A stretch of DNA of 50,243 bases from an uncultured Solibacteraceae bacterium (GTDB lineage: Bacteria > Acidobacteriota > Terriglobia > Bryobacterales > Bryobacteraceae), in NCBI GenBank assembly GCA_964395885.1, contig CAYNDS010000004.1, forward strand, positions 1-50,243. Direction: 5' to 3'. Positions 8,516-19,913 of the stretch are shown here, piece after piece (the stretch's first letter is position 1; every line of letters starts with the position of its first letter). The translations under genes and the position numbers were made by a program. The notes under the pieces were generated by a model. That model did not search any database and was not told the origin of the DNA. It saw only the letters and a list, made by a program, of their open reading frames with translations.

Positions 8516-10065
8516 TCCGTCCGGCGGAAGCGCAGATTCCACACCCGCGCGTCACCGGCCCCGAAGCCCGTCACCCGCCCCGTCGCATCCCGCTCAAAGC
8601 GAATGGCCGTCCCCTCCATCTCAAAGGCGTCGCGGAAGGTGGGGCGCAGTCTCACCGGTGCGCGCTCGGCAATCTGCATTCGCAGGACTCCGCCATCGCT
8701 GCGCACGCGCACCGCCGCTTGGGTCTCCGCGCTGGCATAGACGCCGGAATAGGCTGCCAGGTCGGCTTCGGCGGGGGCGAAGGGTTCCACGCGCTCATAC
8801 ACCTGCGCTTCGTCATTCGCCGTACGGCATCGGATCGGCGATGCCTCCTCACAGCGCAGTTGCGGCGCCGGAGAACCGGCCAGATGCAGCGCGCCGCTCT
8901 TCCACTCCACCCGCGCCGTCGTGTTGTCCCGCACCCGCCGATACAACCCGTCGAAGCGCGCAAGGTCCGTCACCGCCGCCGACCCTTCGCGCGCCGCAGC
9001 CGCCGGCGCCGCGCCGGTCCACAGCCGCGCCACGCGCCGGCCGAGTTCCGTCGGGTTGGCATCCGCCTGATTGCACAGCACCGCGACCGAGACCTGTTTC
9101 TGCGGATAGCGGCCCAGCCACGTGCGATAGCCATCGGTCGCGCCGGAATGCGACACCTCCCGCGTGCCGCCCGCGTCGCTCACCACCAGCCCCAGCGCGT
9201 AGCTCAGCCGCTTGCCGGAACTCAGCGTGGCCGTCGTCTCCATCGCTTCCACCAGCGCCCGACCGCCCACGCGCGCGTGGACGAAGTTCTCGTTCCACCG
9301 CAGCAGGTCATCCACCGTCGTCAGCATGCCGCCCGCGCCGATGATGTTGGCGATGGCCGTGCGTTGCTCCCACCGCTCCCCGGACTTGGCATAGGCCAGA
9401 ACGCGTCGCGGATACACGGCCCGAAAGTTGTCGCGCCACCGCGTCGACGACATCTCGAGCGGATCGAAGATCGCCTCCCTGGTGAAGGCCTGAAATGTCT
9501 TGCCGCCCAGCACGCGTTCCACCAGGATCGGCAGCGCGTTGTAGCCCGTATTGCTGTACGAATATGCGGTTCCGGGCTGGAAATTCAGTTCCCGCTGCCG
9601 TGCCGCAAACGCCAGCAGATCGGCGTTCTCATAGACGCGCGTGCCTTCCGGAAACCCGGAAAACTGCGCAAGCAGCCGCCACTCCCGCAGACCGCTCACG
9701 TGGCTCAGCACCTGCCGCAACGTCAGTGGAACACCGTAATCCGGAATCTCCGGCAGATGCTTGCGCAGCGGATCGTTCAGCGAAAGCTTCCCCTGCTGCT
9801 CCAGCAGCACCAGCGCGGCCGCCGTAAACTGCTTGGCGACGGAGCCGCTTTCAAACACCGAGTCCGGCCGGATCGGGACGTTCCGTTCCAGATCCGCCAT
9901 GCCGTAGGCCGCCCGCAGCACCACCGTGCCGCGCTCCGCCACGCCAACCGCGCATCCCGGAGTCTCGTTCGTGTAGGCGGCGAAGATTTCATCGACCCGC
10001 GTCTTCGGGACCTCCGCACCCCACAGACTCGCCGCCACCAACAGGGGCAGGGCCTGCCGCACCAC
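8512..10065 (-). CDS. Serine hydrolase, beta-lactamase/transpeptidase-like (class C/PBP4* type), secreted
   Basis: It has a signal peptide (LPLLVAASLWG), the SxxK motif (SGSVAKQF), and a YSN motif (YSYSNTGY). Confidence 0.85.
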   Translation of the reverse strand: MVRQALPLLVAASLWGAEVPKTRVDEIFAAYTNETPGCAVGVAERGTVVLRAAYGMADLERNVPIRPDSVFESGSVAKQFTAAALVLLEQQGKLSLNDPLRKHLPEIPDYGVPLTLRQVLSHVSGLREWRLLAQFSGFPEGTRVYENADLLAFAARQRELNFQPGTAYSYSNTGYNALPILVERVLGGKTFQAFTREAIFDPLEMSSTRWRDNFRAVYPRRVLAYAKSGERWEQRTAIANIIGAGGMLTTVDDLLRWNENFVHARVGGRALVEAMETTATLSSGKRLSYALGLVVSDAGGTREVSHSGATDGYRTWLGRYPQKQVSVAVLCNQADANPTELGRRVARLWTGAAPAAAAREGSAAVTDLARFDGLYRRVRDNTTARVEWKSGALHLAGSPAPQLRCEEASPIRCRTANDEAQVYERVEPFAPAEADLAAYSGVYASAETQAAVRVRSDGGVLRMQIAERAPVRLRPTFRDAFEMEGTAIRFERDATGRVTGFGAGDARVWNLRFRRTD

Positions 10066-10877
10066 TACAGTCCCCCCTTGGCGATGCGCGCCACCTCCGC
10101 GCCGGACAGCGCGCGCGAGAAGATCGCGACGTCGTCCATCAGCCCCGTGTAGTTCACGCCCAGGCGGATGGTGGCCTTTTCCATGTCCCAGGCGAACGCT
10201 TCGGCGATCGCGGGGCTGGCGCCTTGCCGCACCCCATCGACATACAGCGTCGCCGAACCCTTGCCTCCGCCCAGTCCTTCATGCACCACGGCGACATGCG
10301 TCCACTTGTCGCGCCGGAACGGCGGCTGCTTCACCACTACCAGCCGTCCGTTGAATGCCGGGTTCTTGTCCGGGTCCAGGTTCTGCGGGTTCCATGCCTT
10401 CAGCGCGCCGAAGACGCCCAAACGGAAATGGCGCGGCTTCTCGTCTTTCGTGAAATCCACCCAGATGGCCGAGTCGTTGTAGTCCTTGTCAGTCACTTGC
10501 AGCGGATCGCAGTAGCCGGGCGCCAGGTCCTCATCCGGTGTCAGCCGCAGCCAGAACGACACCGTGCCGGTCCAGCCCGATGGCGCAAAGTTCACGTTGC
10601 GCGCCGCACGGAAGAAGATCGCGCCCGTGTTCTTCGTCTTGAAGCGCAGCGCGCCGCCCTTGACTCCTTCGCCCTTGACCCATTCCGCCGCCGTTCCGTC
10701 CAGACCCGGCTTGGCCTCGTTGAGCCGCTTGTAATCCGGAGCCTGATGGATCCGACGGTCCCCTTCGCCGATGGTGGCGTCCGGACCCTGGTCAAACGTG
10801 GCCCGGAAGGTGAGCCCGGACTTCAAGTCCGCCGCGGCAAGCAAAGTCGTCAAAAGGAAAGGAGCAAACACGCGCAT
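10065..10877 (-). CDS. Secreted LamG/concanavalin-A-like domain protein
   Basis: Starting at ATG 10875-10877 gives a signal peptide (MRVFAPFLLTTLLAAADL). The beta-rich sequence, with WTHVAVV...LYVDG and a DDVAIFSRALS ending, is typical of LamG-type jelly-roll proteins. Confidence 0.7.
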   Translation of the reverse strand: MRVFAPFLLTTLLAAADLKSGLTFRATFDQGPDATIGEGDRRIHQAPDYKRLNEAKPGLDGTAAEWVKGEGVKGGALRFKTKNTGAIFFRAARNVNFAPSGWTGTVSFWLRLTPDEDLAPGYCDPLQVTDKDYNDSAIWVDFTKDEKPRHFRLGVFGALKAWNPQNLDPDKNPAFNGRLVVVKQPPFRRDKWTHVAVVHEGLGGGKGSATLYVDGVRQGASPAIAEAFAWDMEKATIRLGVNYTGLMDDVAIFSRALSGAEVARIAKGGL

Positions 10878-10917
10878 AGCTCCGGTTAGGATACGCCAGT
10901 GCGCTACCCTGCTCTGC

Positions 10918-11472
10918 GTGGCGCGGCCCGCGATCGAAGAGAAGTTGCGCAACGCAATCACAGACGCAGTGCCTTTCACTGAGGCGACGGTCGTCTATCT
11001 CCTTGTCGAAACCCGAAAGCTACTCGAATTGACAGGCGATCTTCGGAAGCAGCGCTTTGCGGACCTGCGCTTCTTTTGTGATTGGGCACTGCATGCGTCC
11101 TTGAGTCGAGAAGGAGCAAACAGGATCCTCAGCGTGTTCGCCCAGGCGCACCCACTTCTGGTGCAGAAGCAGGAATTGCCGTTTGACCTCAATCGGGAAA
11201 TTGAGGGCTTGATCAGTCTGCACGCGTTCCGGTCAGCATTCGATCAATTCTGCGCCGAATTCAGCCTCCCCCCGCTCGGTCAAAGGTGGACCGAGTTCCT
11301 TCTCTGTTCCGCGCACGTGGTGATGGACTGCCCGTTGCACGTGGAGGTTGCAGAGGAAGAGAATGGCGCAGGCGACGTCCGACTCACTCTTCACGGTTCC
11401 CTGAGGGAACCCGCACCCTACGCCGCTTCCAATTCTTCTTCCAGCAACTGCTTGCGATACAGGTCCGCGTAG
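10918..11472 (+). CDS. Hypothetical protein in a short lower-GC patch
   Basis: The translation is protein-like (…VVYLLVETRKLLELTGDLRKQRFADLRFFCDWALHASL…) and local GC is about 56% against about 68% in the flanks. The start (GTG 10918) is uncertain. The 3' end overlaps the convergent ABC gene by 55 nt. Confidence 0.35.
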   Translation: MARPAIEEKLRNAITDAVPFTEATVVYLLVETRKLLELTGDLRKQRFADLRFFCDWALHASLSREGANRILSVFAQAHPLLVQKQELPFDLNREIEGLISLHAFRSAFDQFCAEFSLPPLGQRWTEFLLCSAHVVMDCPLHVEVAEEENGAGDVRLTLHGSLREPAPYAASNSSSSNCLRYRSA

Positions 11473-13178
11473 TAGCCGCCCTGCGCGATCAGTTCGGTGT
11501 GCGTCCCCTGCTCGGCGATGCGCCCGTTCTCGATCACGTAGATCCGGTCCGCCTGCTGCACGGTGGAGACACGGTGCGAAATCACCAGCGTTGTCCGCCC
11601 TTTCCGCACGGTGCGCAACTCGTTCAGAATGCGCTCCTCGGTCAGCGTATCGACACTCGACAGCGCATCGTCCAGAATCAGAATCCGCGGCTGCCGCAGG
11701 ATGGCGCGGGCAATGGCGCAGCGCTGTTTCTGTCCACCGGAAAGCGTGATGCCGCGCTCGCCGATCATCGTCTCAAAGCCGTCGGGGAAGCCCGCGACAT
11801 CGGTGTCCAGTCCGGCAATGCGCGCCGCCTGGCGTACCTCCTCGTCCGTCGCGCTTTCGACGCCAAAGGCGATGTTGCCGGCCAGCGTCGTCGAAAACAG
11901 GAACGTCTCCTGCGGCACATAGCCGATCTCTCGCCGCAACTGGCTCGGGTCGAAATCCCGCACGTCGATGCCGTCGACGCGCACCACGCCCCCGGTCGGA
12001 TCCTGCAGCCGCGGCACCAGTGAGACCAGGGAACTCTTCCCGCTTCCCGTGTGGCCCACAATCGCCACCGTCGCCCCGCCCGGGATGCGCAGCGACACGC
12101 CATCCAGCGCGACGCGGCTGCCGCCCGCCGGCAACGCATGCTCCAGCCGGACCGAGTCGAACTCGATTGCACCGGTCAGCGGCGAAGGCAGCGGCACCGC
12201 ATGCGGAGGTGCGTCGATCTGCGGCGGCTCTTCCAGAATCGAGGCGATCCGCGCCATCGAGGCCGCTCCGCGCTGCGTCAGGTTGATCACCCAGCCGAAG
12301 GCGATCATCGGCCAGATCAGCATGTTCATGTACGTCTGGAACATGACGAACGTGCCCAGCGACATTCGCCCGTCCAGCATCCGCAGACCGCCCGCCCACA
12401 GCACGATCAGGAACGTCAGCCCGATCAGTGCCTGCAACAGCGGCATGAACATTCCAGTCCGCCAGGCCAGATCCACATTCGCCTCGATGTAGCCGCGGTT
12501 CAACTTCTCAAACTTCCGCAACTCGGCCTCTTCCTGCGCGAAGGCGCGCAGCAGCCGCACGGAGTTCAAGTTCTCCTGCACGCGGCTGGTGATGTCCCCA
12601 AACAGTCCCTGGATCGTCTCGAACCGCTCATGGATGATCCGCCCGAAGTAGATCACCGCGAAGGTGACCAGCGGCGCCGGCGTCAGCGCGATGAGCGTCA
12701 ACTGCCAGTCCACCGACAGCATCACACCCACCGCGCAGACAAACAGGAACATCGTTTCGCACCAGTACATGACGCCCGGTCCCAGCATCATCCGCACCTG
12801 GTTCAGATCGTTGGTGGAACGCGCCATGATGTCGCCCGTCCGGTGCTTGGCATAGAAGCCGCCCGAGAGCACGGTGAGCTTGGCGAAAATCTCGTTGCGC
12901 AGGTCGAACTCGACATCGCGCGAGACGCCCACCAGGATCAGGCGCATCCAGTACTGGAAGAGACCCTTCAGCGCGTTCACCGCAACCATGGCGCCGGCGA
13001 AGGAAAGTAGAACACCCAGGGGACGGCCCTCGGTCACCGCGTCAATCCCGCCGCGGATTACCAGAGGAAGCGTTGCCGCAAACAGCCCGCGGAGCGCCAG
13101 GGCGCCCATCCCCCGGGCCAGCGGTGCGCGATAACGGCGAAGGTATGGCCAGCAGCGGGCGACGGTCAGGCGCAGCAA
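11418..13178 (-). CDS. ABC exporter, fused permease/ATPase (ABCB/MsbA-like)
   Basis: An N-terminal 6-TM domain is followed by Walker A (GHTGSGKSS), the signature LSGGQKQR, and Walker B (ILILDDALS). Confidence 0.9.
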   Translation of the reverse strand: MLRLTVARCWPYLRRYRAPLARGMGALALRGLFAATLPLVIRGGIDAVTEGRPLGVLLSFAGAMVAVNALKGLFQYWMRLILVGVSRDVEFDLRNEIFAKLTVLSGGFYAKHRTGDIMARSTNDLNQVRMMLGPGVMYWCETMFLFVCAVGVMLSVDWQLTLIALTPAPLVTFAVIYFGRIIHERFETIQGLFGDITSRVQENLNSVRLLRAFAQEEAELRKFEKLNRGYIEANVDLAWRTGMFMPLLQALIGLTFLIVLWAGGLRMLDGRMSLGTFVMFQTYMNMLIWPMIAFGWVINLTQRGAASMARIASILEEPPQIDAPPHAVPLPSPLTGAIEFDSVRLEHALPAGGSRVALDGVSLRIPGGATVAIVGHTGSGKSSLVSLVPRLQDPTGGVVRVDGIDVRDFDPSQLRREIGYVPQETFLFSTTLAGNIAFGVESATDEEVRQAARIAGLDTDVAGFPDGFETMIGERGITLSGGQKQRCAIARAILRQPRILILDDALSSVDTLTEERILNELRTVRKGRTTLVISHRVSTVQQADRIYVIENGRIAEQGTHTELIAQGGYYADLYRKQLLEEELEAA

Positions 13179-13184
13179 GGCGGC

Positions 13185-13724
13185 CTAGTCGTCCGTGTCC
13201 AGGCGCCCGGCCGTCTTCAGCTTCTGGAACATGCGTTCGATGTCCGCCTCGTCGGCAGGGTTCAGCAACGGCGCCCGCTTCTTTCCGGCGGCGATCGGCG
13301 ACGCGCCCGAGGCGCCGACCGTCACCGTCCGCGACATCCGCTCCCGTGCTTTGGTCAGCTTCTGATGGATGTCCGCCGCCAGGCGGCGCGAACCATCCAG
13401 CGCGCCCGGGTAGATCACCAGCTTGCGCGTGTCGTCCTTGAAGATCAGCCACAACACCAGCGGCGAAACCCAGCCGGTGCGCTCCACGCGGCTGATTTCC
13501 GACCACAGGTACTCGTAGTCGCCGATGGCAATCGAGTCCGGTGAGATTTCAATGACGGGGCGCAGGGCTAGGTACAGGTTCAGCGCGGCGGTGGCGAGAA
13601 ACAGGCCGGCGGCCAGATAGGCAAACGGAAAGCGTGTCGCCGCGATGCCCACGGAACCCACGGCCAGGCAAAAGGACGCCACCCCCAAGATCGCGTAATT
13701 CCGGGATGGGACGTAGCGGACCAC
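13185..13724 (-). CDS. Hypothetical membrane protein (2 TM helices plus a soluble C-terminal domain)
   Basis: It has a GTG start, two hydrophobic helices, then a charged C-terminal domain. It lies 6 nt upstream of the ABC exporter gene on the same strand. Confidence 0.6.
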   Translation of the reverse strand: MVRYVPSRNYAILGVASFCLAVGSVGIAATRFPFAYLAAGLFLATAALNLYLALRPVIEISPDSIAIGDYEYLWSEISRVERTGWVSPLVLWLIFKDDTRKLVIYPGALDGSRRLAADIHQKLTKARERMSRTVTVGASGASPIAAGKKRAPLLNPADEADIERMFQKLKTAGRLDTDD

Positions 13725-14171
13725 TGCCTTGCTCTAAGCCTACCCGGATTCCGCAGCCCGGTCAATCGCGAACACGCCTCCGCCACGCGTCGCCATCGGC
13801 TGTCACTGCCGTGGCGAAACTCTATCTCGTTCGATGCCAATCAGCTAGACGAAACGCGCGGCATCCGTCCGACGGCTCCGTGCGAAAACTCGGTCAGCAG
13901 TTGCCCGCTGACACCTCGGAGCGGCAGCCGCCCAGGCATCGCCTGTCGAGCAATCGGCGGCGGCGCCGAAACGTCGCGGTCCTAGGAAAACCGGCGTGGG
14001 TCCCAATACCGGGGAGGTTGGCGACACCACACGCGCCCCCAGCCTGAGACCGGGTCACTCAGGTCCCGCTTGCCGTTGCCGGGAACCGAAAACGGCCGCT
14101 CCGGAGCGAAACAGAACAAAGGAAGACAGAGAAAGAGCGGCAGCCGGCCGACGCGAGTGCCGGACGCGCGT

Positions 14172-14855
14172 CTACACTCCCCGCTGATTGCCCCACAGGT
14201 CGACGTGCAGCCGCGGCGTGAAGCGGAAGCCTGTCTCTTTGCAGACCTCCGCCAGCCATTGCGCACGGTCGCGCAGCAACACCGGGTCGACGCCTTCCGG
14301 CATCAGTACCACGCGCTGTGAATCGGCATGCGTGTCGGCGAGAATCCGGCGCACTTCTTCGAGATCCTCCGGCCTGGCGATCACAAACTTCATCTGGTAC
14401 GGGTAGTGGTGGATCAGCTTCCGCAGCACTGTCGGCACGTAGCGCAGCCGTTCCTGATGCTCCGCCCATTTGCCCCCGTCACGCTCATACGGAATGCTGT
14501 TGGACAGCTTCGGCGAGATGCTCATCAGGTCGCACGCCACCGGCGCGTAGACCGTCCCCGCCGTCTCGATCGTGATGTGGTGTCCGGAGTTGGCCAGTGC
14601 GCGGGTCAGGTCCACGATGCCGTCGGCAATCATCGGCTCGCCGCCCGTGATCACCACGTGCTTGGCTCGATGCTTTTTCACGGCGGCAATGACGTCGGGC
14701 AGCGGCATCAGGTCGCCTTCCGGCTCCCATGAGGTGTAGGGCGTGTCGCACCAGACACACCGCAGATTGCAGCCCGTCGTCCGCACGAAAACGCTGGGGA
14801 CGCCGGTCAACGTGCCTTCCCCTTGCAGCGAGTAGAAGATCTCGCTAATTCGCAT
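14172..14855 (-). CDS. queE: 7-carboxy-7-deazaguanine synthase (radical SAM)
   Basis: It has the [11 protein letters not shown]-terminus and the [10 protein letters not shown] cluster motif, is ~227 aa long, and is adjacent to queC. Confidence 0.9.
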   Translation of the reverse strand: MRISEIFYSLQGEGTLTGVPSVFVRTTGCNLRCVWCDTPYTSWEPEGDLMPLPDVIAAVKKHRAKHVVITGGEPMIADGIVDLTRALANSGHHITIETAGTVYAPVACDLMSISPKLSNSIPYERDGGKWAEHQERLRYVPTVLRKLIHHYPYQMKFVIARPEDLEEVRRILADTHADSQRVVLMPEGVDPVLLRDRAQWLAEVCKETGFRFTPRLHVDLWGNQRGV

Positions 14856-15537
14856 GAGGACGGTATTGTATCGGATCGGTTACGCCCACTTCACGAAACG
14901 CGCGCAGGCGCAGCAGGCAGGAGTCGCAATGGCCGCACGCGCGGCCCTCGGCGTCCGGGTCATAGCAGGACGTCGTCAGCGCGAAGTCGACTCCCAGGGT
15001 GTGGCCCAGCCGAATGATCTCGGCCTTCGTCAGCGCAATCAGCGGCGCATGAATCCGAATCGCGCCGCCTTCGACGCCCGCCTTTGTCGCCAGATTCGCC
15101 ATGCGTTCGAAGGCTTCAATGTAGGCCGGGCGGCAGTCCGGGTAGCCGGAGTAATCGAGCGCGTTCACGCCCAGATAAATGTCGCGCGCCTCCAGCACCT
15201 CCGCCCACGCCAGCGCGTAGGACAGGAAAATCGTGTTCCGCGCCGGGACATACGTCACCGGAATGCCGTCGCCCATCTCCGTCACATCGTCGTGCTTCGG
15301 TACGGCGATCTCGTCCGTCAACGCCGAGCCGCCAAAGGCCCGCAGGTCGATGGTGACCAGCTTGTGCTGCGCCGCCGCCAGGGACTTCGCCACCCGCCGC
15401 GCCGCTTCCACTTCCACCGCGTGCCGCTGTCCATAGGCAAACGAGAGCGCATGCGCTTCAAACCCGTCCCGCCGCGCCAGCGCCAGCGTCACGGCACTGT
15501 CCAGGCCGCCACTTACCAGACACACCGCGCGCTTCAT
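14845..15537 (-). CDS. queC: 7-cyano-7-deazaguanine (preQ0) synthase
   Basis: [14 protein letters not shown] is a PP-loop motif, and the C-terminal [10 protein letters not shown] motif is a zinc site. The 230-aa product starts at ATG 15535-15537. The listed 409-aa ORF is an upstream extension into the MFS gene. Confidence 0.9.
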   Translation of the reverse strand: MKRAVCLVSGGLDSAVTLALARRDGFEAHALSFAYGQRHAVEVEAARRVAKSLAAAQHKLVTIDLRAFGGSALTDEIAVPKHDDVTEMGDGIPVTYVPARNTIFLSYALAWAEVLEARDIYLGVNALDYSGYPDCRPAYIEAFERMANLATKAGVEGGAIRIHAPLIALTKAEIIRLGHTLGVDFALTTSCYDPDAEGRACGHCDSCLLRLRAFREVGVTDPIQYRPHAN

Positions 15538-16721
15538 CGGTTCGGCAACCGCAACGCCAGGAAGAAGCCCACCAGCGGCGCCGCCACCAGCGCGAGCAGC
15601 GCGTGATGCAGCGTGAACAGGTCCGCGGCCCAGCCCACCAGCGGAATGGCGATCATGCCGGCCGTCCCCCAGGCAAAGCCCATCATCAGGGCACTCACCG
15701 TGCCGGCATTGCCCGGCGCGAGGTCCTGCCCCATCGTCACGTTTACCGGAATCGTGAACAACAACACGGCGCCGCCCAGCGCCAGGCACGCCATCGATGC
15801 CGCGCCGGTCGTGAAGAAAAACCCGGTGAGAAACGGCAGCGATCCGATCATCGAAATGACGATCACCAGCTTGCCGCCGAAGCGGTCCGAAAGATTGCCG
15901 CCCAGAAACCCGCCCAGCGCGCCCGAAGCCAAGTAGAGCGACAAGGCGAGGCTGGCGGACTCGAGCGAAAAGCCCCGCTCCCGGCTGAGGTACAGCGGCA
16001 GAAACTGCGTGAAGGCGATCTGCACCACCGAGCGCAGGAACACCAGCGAATAGAGCACCGCCAGCGGCTTCCACACCGCCTTCAGCGGCGCCCAGTCAAA
16101 ACTGGCCGACTTGCGCTCCACGCGCTGCGCCGGAAGCGCGGCCAGCAGCAGGCCCGTCATGATGAGGCCCGGCACCATCCCCACCCACGTCATCGACGCG
16201 CCCCACCGCGCGACAATGGCCGAGAAGAACGTCGGCCCGAAGGCCAGGCCCAGCGTGCCGCTCGAAATGAAGACCGCCATCCAGCGGCCCCGGTTTTCCG
16301 TGATCCCGGCTGTTGCCCGCGACGAGCCTTGCGGATGGAAACTCGCGATGCCCGCCCCGCCCAACAGCACCATCAGCAGCAGCGCGGCAAAATTCGGCGC
16401 CACGCCCAGCAGCGAAATGAACACGCCTGCCATCGCCGGCGCCAGCGCGACAAACATCCGGCTCTGCAACCGGTCTGACCAGTAGCCATAGGCCGGCTGC
16501 AGCGTCGAGGAGGAAAACACCAGCACGCCCCCGAGCACGCCCGCCTGCGCCAGGCTCAAGCCCAGGCGCTCCACCAGCAGCGGCTGGAACGCACCCAGCG
16601 CGCTGGAGTACAGGTCGATAAAGAAATGCGAGACGCACAGCAGCGCCAGTGTCGTGTAGGCCTGCCGCTCTGCCGCGCGCGCGGAAACAGGGAGGGCAAG
16701 CGTGCCGGCAGGTTCAGACAT
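15534..16721 (-). CDS. MFS transporter
   Basis: There are about 12 hydrophobic segments and an MFS-like DRxGxR-type motif ([10 protein letters not shown]). The start is ATG 16719-16721 (MSEPAG…). The stop overlaps the queC start (ATGA). The upstream 300 aa of the listed ORF are an antisense shadow of the oxidoreductase gene. Confidence 0.85.
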   Translation of the reverse strand: MSEPAGTLALPVSARAAERQAYTTLALLCVSHFFIDLYSSALGAFQPLLVERLGLSLAQAGVLGGVLVFSSSTLQPAYGYWSDRLQSRMFVALAPAMAGVFISLLGVAPNFAALLLMVLLGGAGIASFHPQGSSRATAGITENRGRWMAVFISSGTLGLAFGPTFFSAIVARWGASMTWVGMVPGLIMTGLLLAALPAQRVERKSASFDWAPLKAVWKPLAVLYSLVFLRSVVQIAFTQFLPLYLSRERGFSLESASLALSLYLASGALGGFLGGNLSDRFGGKLVIVISMIGSLPFLTGFFFTTGAASMACLALGGAVLLFTIPVNVTMGQDLAPGNAGTVSALMMGFAWGTAGMIAIPLVGWAADLFTLHHALLALVAAPLVGFFLALRLPNR

Positions 16722-16751
16722 GTCGCGGAAACCTCTAGTATAGAGGGCGCA

Positions 16752-17759
<1,008 letters not shown>

Positions 17760-17771
17760 GGCGGCGCCGAG

Positions 17772-19796
17772 CTACAGTCCCAGCCGCGAAAAGACGCGCA
17801 GCAGGTCATCGGTGACAAACGGCTTCGCCTGGTAGGCGTTCATGCCCGCGGCCAGACACCGCTCCTCATCGCCGGGCATCACGCCTGCCGTCAGGGCAAT
17901 GATGGGGACGGGTGCGGCTCCGGTGACGGCTTCCCGCTGCCGGATGCGGCGCGTCGCCTCGTAGCCGTCCATCACCGGCATCTGACAGTCCATCAGGATC
18001 AGGTCGAAGGGTCCGTCGGCGACGGCGTCCACCGCCTGCCGGCCATCGCCCGCAACCGCCACCTCGTGCCCCAGGCGCGCCAGTTGCCGCATGACGATCC
18101 GCTGGTTGACCTCGTTGTCCTCTGCCAGCAGCACCCGATAGCGCCGCATGCGGTCTCCGCCGGGTGCCGACGCCGGAGGTGCCGCCGCCGCCGCATCCGC
18201 CAGCGGAAGCCGGACCACAAAGGCGGATCCGCGACCCACTTCGCTCGACACGGAAATCGTGCCGCCCATCCGGTCCGCCAGCTTCCGGCAGATCGCCAGA
18301 CCGAGACCGCTGCCGCCGAAGCGCCGCGTCGTCGAGGAGTCTGCCTGCCGAAACGGGTCAAAAATCGCCGCCTGTTTCTCCGGCGCAATCCCGACCCCCG
18401 TGTCCGTCACCACCAGGGCCACCCAGCCGTCCGCCTCGCGCCGCCGTTCCAGCGTCACGGTGCCGCGTTCGGTGAACTTCACCGCGTTCGACACCAGGTT
18501 GATCAGAATCTGCCGCAGCCGCGTCGCGTCGCCCAGCACCATGTCCGGAGCCCCCGGCGCCGTGCCATCCACCACCTGCAGTTCCCTGCCGTGCGCCATC
18601 GTGCGGCCGATATCCAGCCCATCCCGCAGCAACTGCGCCAGCGAGACCGGAACGGACTCCAACTCCAACTGCCCGTTCTGATACCGCGAGAAATCCAACA
18701 GGTCGTTCACCAGCGACAGCAGCATGCCGCCGGAGCGCCGGATGATCTCCACAAACTCCCGCTGCTCCGGGTCGACAACGGTGCGATCCAACTCATCGGC
18801 CCCGCCCAGGATGCCGATCAGCGGCGTTCGGATCTCGTGGCTCATCACGGCCAGAAACTCCGACTTCAGCCGCTGCGCCTCCTCGGCTTCCTCGCGCGAA
18901 CGAACCGCTTCCCGAAGCGTTGCCTCCCGTGCCTCACGCGCTTCGCGCTCCGCCGTCAGGTTGCGCTGCACGGCGACGTAATGCTCCACGCGTCCGGAAG
19001 CGCCCCGCACCGGCGCCACGCTCCACCCCACCACGTACGGTGAGCCGTCCTTGCGGTAGTTCACCGTCTCTCCTTCAAAGCGCCGCCCGCGCGTCAGATC
19101 CTCCCGCAGGCGGTCGAGCACTTCGCGCTCCGTGGCCGGACCCTGCAGCAATCGCGGAGACTGCCCCGCCACCTCCGCCGGTTCATAGCCCGTTAACCGG
19201 CGGAACGCCTGATTCGCATAGACGATCCGAGGGCCCGGCGCGTCCATCTCCGCGTCGGTGATCAGCACGCAATCCTGCGCGTCCTCCACTGCCTGCTCCA
19301 GCAGCGCCGCCCGCGCCTCACGCTCCTTGCGAACGTGGATGTCCTCGGTCACCATCGCCATCAGCACGCGCCCGTCGGCGTCCGGCGGCAGCAGGGAACC
19401 CGTGGTCTGCACCCACCGCGCCTCGCCGTTCGGACGCACATAGCGCTTCTCCAGCCGGAAAATCTCCGTCTCCTTGGCCCAGCACGAGGCCACCGCGTCA
19501 CGCACCCGCTCCTGATCGTCCGGATGCACGATTGCCAGCCGCGTGGTGTGGAGCAGGTCCTCGAGAACGCGGCCCGTAATCTCGCTATAAGCGCGGTTCG
19601 CGGCCACGATCACGCCCTCACGGTCGCTGATCGACAGCCCAACCGAACAGTGCTCAAAGAGCTGTCCGAACCGGTCCCACACGTTCTCTCTATCGGACTG
19701 CACACAGCCGGGATGAGGCAAGTTTGCCCTCGTCGGACCTCCTGGTAACGATCGGGTAGAAAGCCCAGAGGAAACAGGCGAGCAGACTCCATCCAA
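17772..19796 (-). CDS. Hybrid sensor histidine kinase (PAS-PAS-HisKA-HATPase-REC)
   Basis: It has two PAS-like segments, the H-box [13 protein letters not shown], an N box ([12 protein letters not shown]), a G box (DTGVGI…GSGLGLAI), and a C-terminal receiver ([10 protein letters not shown]…[13 protein letters not shown]). The start (TTG 19796 or GTG 19682) is uncertain. Confidence 0.85.
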   Translation of the reverse strand: MDGVCSPVSSGLSTRSLPGGPTRANLPHPGCVQSDRENVWDRFGQLFEHCSVGLSISDREGVIVAANRAYSEITGRVLEDLLHTTRLAIVHPDDQERVRDAVASCWAKETEIFRLEKRYVRPNGEARWVQTTGSLLPPDADGRVLMAMVTEDIHVRKEREARAALLEQAVEDAQDCVLITDAEMDAPGPRIVYANQAFRRLTGYEPAEVAGQSPRLLQGPATEREVLDRLREDLTRGRRFEGETVNYRKDGSPYVVGWSVAPVRGASGRVEHYVAVQRNLTAEREAREAREATLREAVRSREEAEEAQRLKSEFLAVMSHEIRTPLIGILGGADELDRTVVDPEQREFVEIIRRSGGMLLSLVNDLLDFSRYQNGQLELESVPVSLAQLLRDGLDIGRTMAHGRELQVVDGTAPGAPDMVLGDATRLRQILINLVSNAVKFTERGTVTLERRREADGWVALVVTDTGVGIAPEKQAAIFDPFRQADSSTTRRFGGSGLGLAICRKLADRMGGTISVSSEVGRGSAFVVRLPLADAAAAAPPASAPGGDRMRRYRVLLAEDNEVNQRIVMRQLARLGHEVAVAGDGRQAVDAVADGPFDLILMDCQMPVMDGYEATRRIRQREAVTGAAPVPIIALTAGVMPGDEERCLAAGMNAYQAKPFVTDDLLRVFSRLGL

Positions 19797-19913
19797 TTCC
19801 TACGACGCACTCGGTCCCTTTCCGCATCCCGGTCCGCAACGGATTCCGGGACTCCGGTGCTTCGCCACGCCGGTCCAAGCCCGTCGGCTGCCGCCACGCG
19901 CCTCCGGCTTGAT

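Noticed and set aside
7870-10152. 760-aa ORF on + (and 7436-8542 on -)
   Set aside because: These frames run out of frame or antisense across the radical SAM and serine-hydrolase genes. The composition is extremely Arg/Pro/His-rich with no domain signatures.
13725-14171. Possible RNase P RNA, tmRNA, SRP RNA or riboswitch in the queE-downstream gap
   Set aside because: A short resemblance (AATCCGGGTAGGCTTAGAGC on the minus strand) to the RNase P P15-P18 region caught my eye. The universal GAGGAAAGUCCGG / ACAGAANCCGGCUUA cores are absent on both strands, as are the tmRNA tag/TLD, SRP domain IV, and TPP, ykkC and B12 cores. It is kept only as a low-interest unexplained gap.
15538-16074. Upstream extension of the queC ORF (listed as 14845-16074, 409 aa)
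   Set aside because: The extension overlaps the MFS gene in another frame. The QueC family begins at [14 protein letters not shown] (ATG 15535-15537).
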